64,000 bases of DNA from Tubulanus polymorphus (Eukaryota > Animalia > Nemertea). The notes beneath the pieces are model-generated. The model searched no databases. It was not told the DNA's origin and saw only the letters and a program-made list of their open reading frames with translations. Below, piece by piece: positions 57,599 through 64,000 of this stretch. The translations under genes were made by a program, and so were the position numbers. Within the stretch, counting starts at the first letter, position 1. The number at the start of each line of letters is the position of its first letter. The stretch covers positions 4,278,001 through 4,342,000 of the forward strand of contig NC_134029.1 in the NCBI RefSeq assembly GCF_964204645.1. Reading direction: 5' to 3'.

Positions 57599-60500
57599 AT
57601 GGTAAGGATTTGATTAACTTTTTGAGTTCAAATGTAAAACGAAACTAGCGAATATAGTGGAATTGTCTCAATGATGTTCTATGTCATTTTTAGTTTAACT
57701 AACTGCTATTCTGCTACGTACATTATAAGCCATTTCTAAAAAACATAAAACGACCTTTTCGGTCAAAAAGGTTTCGATTCCCGTCCGAAATTGCATGTTA
57801 TTTACGAAAATTCAAATCTTTTGGTAAAAAGCCTTAGCAAAACGTGTGTGAAAACAGGCAGAATATTCTAAGATATTAAGCATCATATATGGACAGCGTC
57901 TAAGTTTCTAGTTGCTAGATTGTATAAAGGTATGTGGATTTTCGTTACAAATGTTAACCTTCTTTTTCTCTTTTTTCTTTCTTTAGATGTCGCATATCTA
58001 CATTCTGTTGGCTCTTTGTACGTAGTCGCATTAAACGATCACATTCATCAAACATTTATAACTTTATGAGATATACGTAATAAACAGAACATTAATTTGC
58101 AGCATTTAACAAGAAATATGATACGAAATTCAATAATTCTTTATAAAAGATATATGATTACTGTTATCATGCGGCATATTTCAAAATATACTATTTCTTT
58201 ATATTAACTAAAGGTGGAGCGTCTATGCTGTACACTGTAAGAGGAGATAAGTATCGTAAGTATTTTATGATGATATTGAGACGATTAAATCGAGAATCAT
58301 GATGAAATTTGGCCTATACCGCTAAAAAGCATATTATCAGATTAGGCCCAGAATTAGAATTAGAATGGTTGCTTAATGAAGTATCAATGATCAGATTGTA
58401 TTGATTCTCTCTATTTTCAGTTGAATGCGGAGTATCCAAGAAAAACTATTATATCGCAAAAGATGAAATGGCGCAATTAGGACATGTGGAGAAAGGTATG
58501 ACAGAATGCGCTGAAGAATGTCGTCCAGATCACCAGTGCGCTGCAATAATGATATATACAGTTCCCGCCGATGATAAAGAATACTGCATGAAATTCAAAC
58601 AGGCGAATAAAGTTCATCCATTGAGCGCCTCGAAAGGAAAATATACAAGCGCTTCAGTTATCGTCAAATGTAGCGATGGTAAGAATGATTTATCGATAAT
58701 TTATGAATATTTCGAAATCTTCAACTTTTATCAAGTTATTTATTATACATGCATCTTTATTTTCTACATTATTGACACTATTTTCGTTGCAGCTCATGAA
58801 GGTCCGGAAATTGTGGAACCTATCGTTAGTATATGTCATCTATTCCTTCGTTGAAAATTGACTTAACCAAACTTAGAATGCTTTTTTGAAGAAGCAGAAT
58901 GAGACGCACCTAGTATATTGTATTTCTCGCTTTATTTTTAGAAACGAGGTGATGAAGAGGGAAGTGATGGAGATGATTCGATACATCGCCGTAAGTTGTT
59001 TTACGTCTAAACGCATGATGATATTACGACAGCGCCGTTAAGAAGCGTACAAAATTCAGTCCGGAATAAGAGCATGCACAGCAAAAGTACACAAGTCAGT
59101 TGCTTAGTTCAGTAAAAAGACATGTCTTATTTAAGCTTTTGTGGTTTTGAATATTTTCAGTTGAATGTGATAATGAATATGATAATGAATACTATTTTAC
59201 CGCAAGTGGTAGAGGTCAAAAACGTCTTGGTAGAATCGAAAAGTCCACGCGTGTGGTTTGTAAGACATCATGCTCTGATGATGAGAAGTGTGCAGCTTAT
59301 ATGGTATACACTGTACCACATGATGAAAGTAAAACGGAATATTGCGCCAAATACCGAAAAGTGCAGAAGGCTTATCTCCTGCGTAAATCAAATACGCAAT
59401 ATGAAAGTGTTATTATTGGAACAAAATGTCAAGAAGGTTAGTACATATAGAAATGATACAAATTACGCATGAAATCAAATATCAGTTTAACTTGAAAATG
59501 ATACCCAATCTTATTTGCAGGAAAGTCGCAACCGAAAATCATCCAATTGTCCGTAAGTTTATCAACAAAGAAAATGATAGGTGTTAACATATGAACTTGA
59601 TCGTTAAACAAGATAAAAAATTTAATGCAGATGATACGTTCTTGCAGACAGCGCCATGTCGTTGTACTGGTGGCAAAAGTCTTGTTCACTTTATCAAAAT
59701 AAAAGGACGTTATCATTAGCTTTTTATTGTGTTTTAGAAACGAAGCGATGAAGAGGGAAGTGATGAAGATTCTGTTCCTCGCCGTAAGTTGTTTCTATGC
59801 CACATATTGTTTTAAACTCCCGATTGTGTCCATCCAAAATGTTATGATCAGATTGTATTGATTCTCTCTATTTTCAGTTGATTGCGGAGTACCTAAGAAA
59901 AACTATTATATCGCAAAAGATGAAATGGCGCAATTAGGACATGTGGAGAAAGGTATGACAGAATGCGCTGAAGAATGTCTTCCAGATCACCAGTGCGCTG
60001 CAATAATGATATATACAGTTCCCGCCGATGATAAAGAATACTGCATGAAATTCAAACAGGCGAATAAAGTTCATCCATTGAGCGCCTCGAAAGGAAAATA
60101 TACGAGCGCTTCAGTTATCGTCAAATGTAGCGATGGTATGAATGATTTATCGATAATTTATGAATATTTCGAAATCTTCAACTTTTATCAAGTTATTTAT
60201 TATACATGCATCTTTATTTTCTACATTATTGACACTATTTTCGTTGCAGCTCATGAAGGTCCGGAAATTGTGGAACCTATCGTTAGTATATGTCATCTAT
60301 TCCTTCGTTGAAAATTGACTTAACCAAACTTAGAATGCTTTTTTGAAGAAGCAGGATGAGACGCACCTAGTATCTTGTATTTCTCGCTTCATTTTTAGAA
60401 ACGAGGTGATGAAGAGGAAAGTGATGGAGATGATTCGATACATCGCCGTAAGTTGTTTTACGTCTAAACGCATGATGATATTACGACAGCGCCGTTAAGA

Positions 60501-63164
60501 AACGTACAAAATTCATTCCGGAATAAGAGCATGCACAGCAAAAGTACACAAGTCAGTTGCTTAGTTCAGTAAAAAGACATGTCTTATTTAAGCTTTTGTG
60601 GTTTTGAATATTTTCAGTTGAATGTGATAAGGAATATGATAATGAATACTATTTTACCGCACGTGGTAGAGGTCAAAAAAGTCTTGGTAGAATCGAAAAG
60701 TCCACGCGTGTGGTTTGTAAGACATCATGCTCTGATGATGAGAAGTGTGCAGCTTATATGGTATACACTGTACCACATGATGAAAGTAAAACGGAATATT
60801 GCGCCAAATACCGAAAAGTGCAGAAGGCTTATCTCCTGCGTAAATCAAATACGCAATATGAAAGTGTTATTATTGGAACAAAATGTCAAGAAGGTTAGTA
60901 CATATAGAAATGATACAAATTACGCATGAAATCAAATATCAGTTTAACTTCAAAATGATACCCAATCTTATTTGCAGGAAAGTCGCAACCGAAAATCATC
61001 CAATTGTCCGTAAGTTTATCAACAAAGAAAATGATAGGTGTTAACATATGAACTTGATCGTTAAACAAGATAAAAAATTTAATGCAGATGATACGTTCTT
61101 GCAGACAGCGCCATGTCGTTGTACTGGTGGCAGAAGTCTTGTTCACTTTATCAAAATAAAAGAACGTTATCATTAGCTTTTTATTGTGTTTTAGAAACGA
61201 AGCGATGAAGAGGGAAGTGATGAAGATTCTGTTCCTCGCCGTAAGTTGTTTCTATGCCACATATTGTTTTAAACTCCCGATTGTGTCCATCCAAAATGTT
61301 ATGATCAGATTGTATTGATTCTCTCTATTTTCAGTTGATTGCGGAGTACCTAAGAAAAACTATTATATCGCAAAAGATGAAATGGCGCAATTAGGACATG
61401 TGGAGAAAGGTATGACAGAATGCGCTGAAGAATGTCTTCCAGATCACCAGTGCGCTGCAATAATGATATATACAGTTCCCGCCGATGATAAAGAATACTG
61501 CATGAAATTCAAACAGGCGAATAAAGTTTATCCATTGAGCGCCTCGAAAGGAAAATATACGAGCGCTTCAGTTATCGTCAAATGTAGCGATGGTATGAAT
61601 GATTTATCGATAATTTATGAATATTTCGAAATCTTCAACTTTTATCAAGTTATTTATTATACATGCATCTTTATTTTCTACATTATTGACACTATTTTCG
61701 TTGCAGCTCATGAAGGTCCGGAAATTGTGGAACCTATCGTTAGTATATGTCATCTATTCCTTCGTTGAAAATTGACTTAACCAAACTTAGAATGCTTTTT
61801 TGAAGAAGCAGGATGAGACGCACCTAGTATCTTGTATTTCTCGCTTTATTTTTAGAAACGAGGTGATGAAGAGGAAAGTGATGGAGATGATTCGATACAT
61901 CGCCGTAAGTTGTTTTACGTCTAAACGCATGATGATATTACGACAGCGCCGTTAAGAAGCGTACAAAATTCAGTCCGGAATAAGAGCATGCACAGCAAAA
62001 GTACACAAGTCAGTTGCTTAGTTCAGTAAAAAGACATGTCTTATTTAAGCTTTTGTGGTTTTGAATATTTTCAGTTGAATGTGATAAGGAATATGATAAT
62101 GAATACTATTTTACCGCACGTGGTAGAGGTCAAAAAAGTCTTGGTAGAATCGAAAAGTCCACGCGTGTGGTTTGTAAGACATCATGCTCTGATGATGAGA
62201 AGTGTGCAGCTTATATGGTATACACTGTACCACATGATGAAAGTAAAACGGAATATTGCGCCAAATACCGAAAAGTGCAGAAGGCTTATCTCCTGCGTAA
62301 ATCAAATACGCAATATGAAAGTGTTATTATTGGAACAAAATGTCAAGAAGGTTAGTACATATAGAAATGATACAAATTACGCATGAAATCAAATATCAGT
62401 TTAACTTCAAAATGATACCCAATCTTATTTGCAGGAAAGTCGCAACCGAAAATCATCCAATTGTCCGTAAGTTTATCAACAAAGAAAATGATAGGTGTTA
62501 ACATATGAACTTGATCGTTAAACAAGATAAAAAATTTAATGCAGATGATACGTTCTTGCAGACAGCGCCATGTCGTTGTACTGGTGGCAGAAGTCTTGTT
62601 CACTTTATCAAAATAAAAGAACGTTATCATTAGCTTTTTATTGTGTTTTAGAAACGAAGCGATGAAGAGGGAAGTGATGAAGATTCTGTTCCTCGCCGTA
62701 AGTTGTTTCTATGCCACATATTGTTTTAAACTCCCGATTGTGTCCATCCAAAATATTATGATCAGATTGTATTGATTCTCTCTATTTTCAGTTGATTGCG
62801 GAGTACCTAAGAAAAACTATTATATCGCAAAAGATGAAATGGCGCAATTAGGACATGTGGAGAAAGGTATGACAGAATGCGCTGAAGAATGTCTTCCAGA
62901 TCACCAGTGCGCTGCAATAATGATATATACAGTTCCCGCCGATGATAAAGAATACTGCATGAAATTCAAACAGGCGAATAAAGTTTATCCATTGAGCGCC
63001 TCGAAAGGAAAATATACAAGCGCTTCAGTTATCGTCAAATGTGGTGATGGTAAGAATGATTTATCAATTAGGCGGAACCGTTTACATTGACATGTTCTTA
63101 TAGTAATTGGATTTTTGCTGTTTTTGTAATTGCAGCTCAAGAAGGCCCGGAAATTGTGGAATAG
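57599..63164 (+). CDS. Secreted polyprotein of seven PAN/apple-like six-Cys modules (A-B-A-B-A-B-A) separated by KR plus acidic spacers, about 813 aa
   Basis: Signal exons 57599-57601, 57987-58017 and 58214-58255 (MMSHIYILLALCGASMLYTVRG-DKY). The six-exon unit 58421-58678, 58793-58824, 58942-58990, 59161-59436, 59521-59552, 59738-59783 repeats at +1457 and +2914, followed by A4 (62792-63049) and a last exon 63136-63164 ending in TAG. All phases are consistent. Confidence 0.85.
58387..63068. repeat. Tandem array with a 1457-bp unit, about 3.2 near-identical copies including introns
   Basis: Equivalent ORF starts at 58468, 59925, 61382 and 62839 are each 1457 bp apart; copies differ only by scattered substitutions. 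Confidence 0.97.
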
Positions 63165-64000
63165 CTCTTATCGTAAGTATTTGTCATTCGCCTTCAATCC
63201 ACATTGTGATTGTAATTTCTTACTATGGACGGACTTTCTATACGAATGTTCACTTTCAGACGGATGGGACTGAAATGGCCGATTTCGTGATTTCTTTAAC
63301 TCTGTAAAGAACAGCCTGTAAAATTACTGCATTCGTTTCTTATTTTTGGTGAAATCATCATTTTCGTGCATTTCAGGAAAGTCAAGTTGATGAAACTCAA
63401 AACATGCCGAGTTGAGAATAACCGCAACAAAATAGAAATACAGATCACTTCATGAAACCTTCGTGATAAACTCTAGATGATACCTGATAACGCGGTTTTG
63501 ATTTTGTTGAAATATTGCCGAAAAATAATTCTTCGTTGTGTTTGAATTGTTTGGTTTAGACATGAAAAAATAAACTACCTAGTTAATCTAACTGAATTTA
63601 TTTTCGAAACCAAATTTCTCACAATCAAACGGTGATTTGCGGAACATTAATCAAAATGAAACCCACTTCTTGTAGTTGAATTTGTTTGAGCCGGGATCTT
63701 CGCATTTTTTCGTGATGCAGACCATGTGTTTTAAAGCAGTAGGATTATCTGTAATAAAGATGACGCATCCATACATTGAAATTCAATTCAAATGTTCTAT
63801 GGCTATAGATACTTTGAATGTAAAAATAACTAGGCCAGTAGAAATTTCGAAGCAAACAAAAATTGATTTACTTTGCCATTCTGTGTCTTGACAGTAAGCT
63901 TGACGAATGTTCACGATATCGAAATAACTTGATGAAGGTTTTTGGTTGTACATAGCGACAATATCAGGCTCCTTTTCGCCGAGTTCGGTCAGTTTTGTGT

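Noticed and set aside
59122-59472. 116-aa ORF MSYLSFCGF... and its repeats as separate genes
   Set aside because: Alternative frame overlapping the module B exon; the Cys-patterned frame is the one consistent with splice phases.
58387-63068. Tandem array as a CRISPR array, satellite or pure assembly artefact
   Set aside because: The unit is 1457 bp with spliceable coding exons and no repeat-spacer structure. Copy-specific, frame-preserving variants and unique 5' and 3' ends favour real duplication, although copy number needs read support.

Overview
Compact, AT-rich, intron-containing eukaryotic DNA that looks like an invertebrate animal; the species cannot be determined from the sequence. 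Nine protein-coding genes can be rebuilt from splice sites and reading phase: (1) an uncharacterised CBM20-like gene running off the left edge (-); (2) a voltage-sensing phosphatase, VSP/TPTE (-); (3) a 1300-aa single-coding-exon TPR protein (+); (4) tryptophan 2,3-dioxygenase (-), head-to-head with (5) an SLC22 transporter (+); (6) an anion-selective Cys-loop receptor subunit (+); (7) a DEG/ENaC channel (+); (8) a GH31 alpha-glucosidase with two duplicated, mutually exclusive first exons, one encoding a signal peptide and one a membrane anchor (+); and (9) a secreted ~813-aa polyprotein of seven PAN/apple-like modules separated by KR plus acidic spacers, encoded by a 1457-bp tandem array (+). 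Introns and intergenic DNA carry a tRNA-derived SINE, several MITEs, a TIR element with telomere-like repeats, and a dispersed set of minimal hammerhead-ribozyme-like motifs resembling Penelope-like element termini. The strongest novelty candidates are the PAN polyprotein, the dual-first-exon glucosidase and the hammerhead motifs. All exon models were derived by eye, without transcript data.
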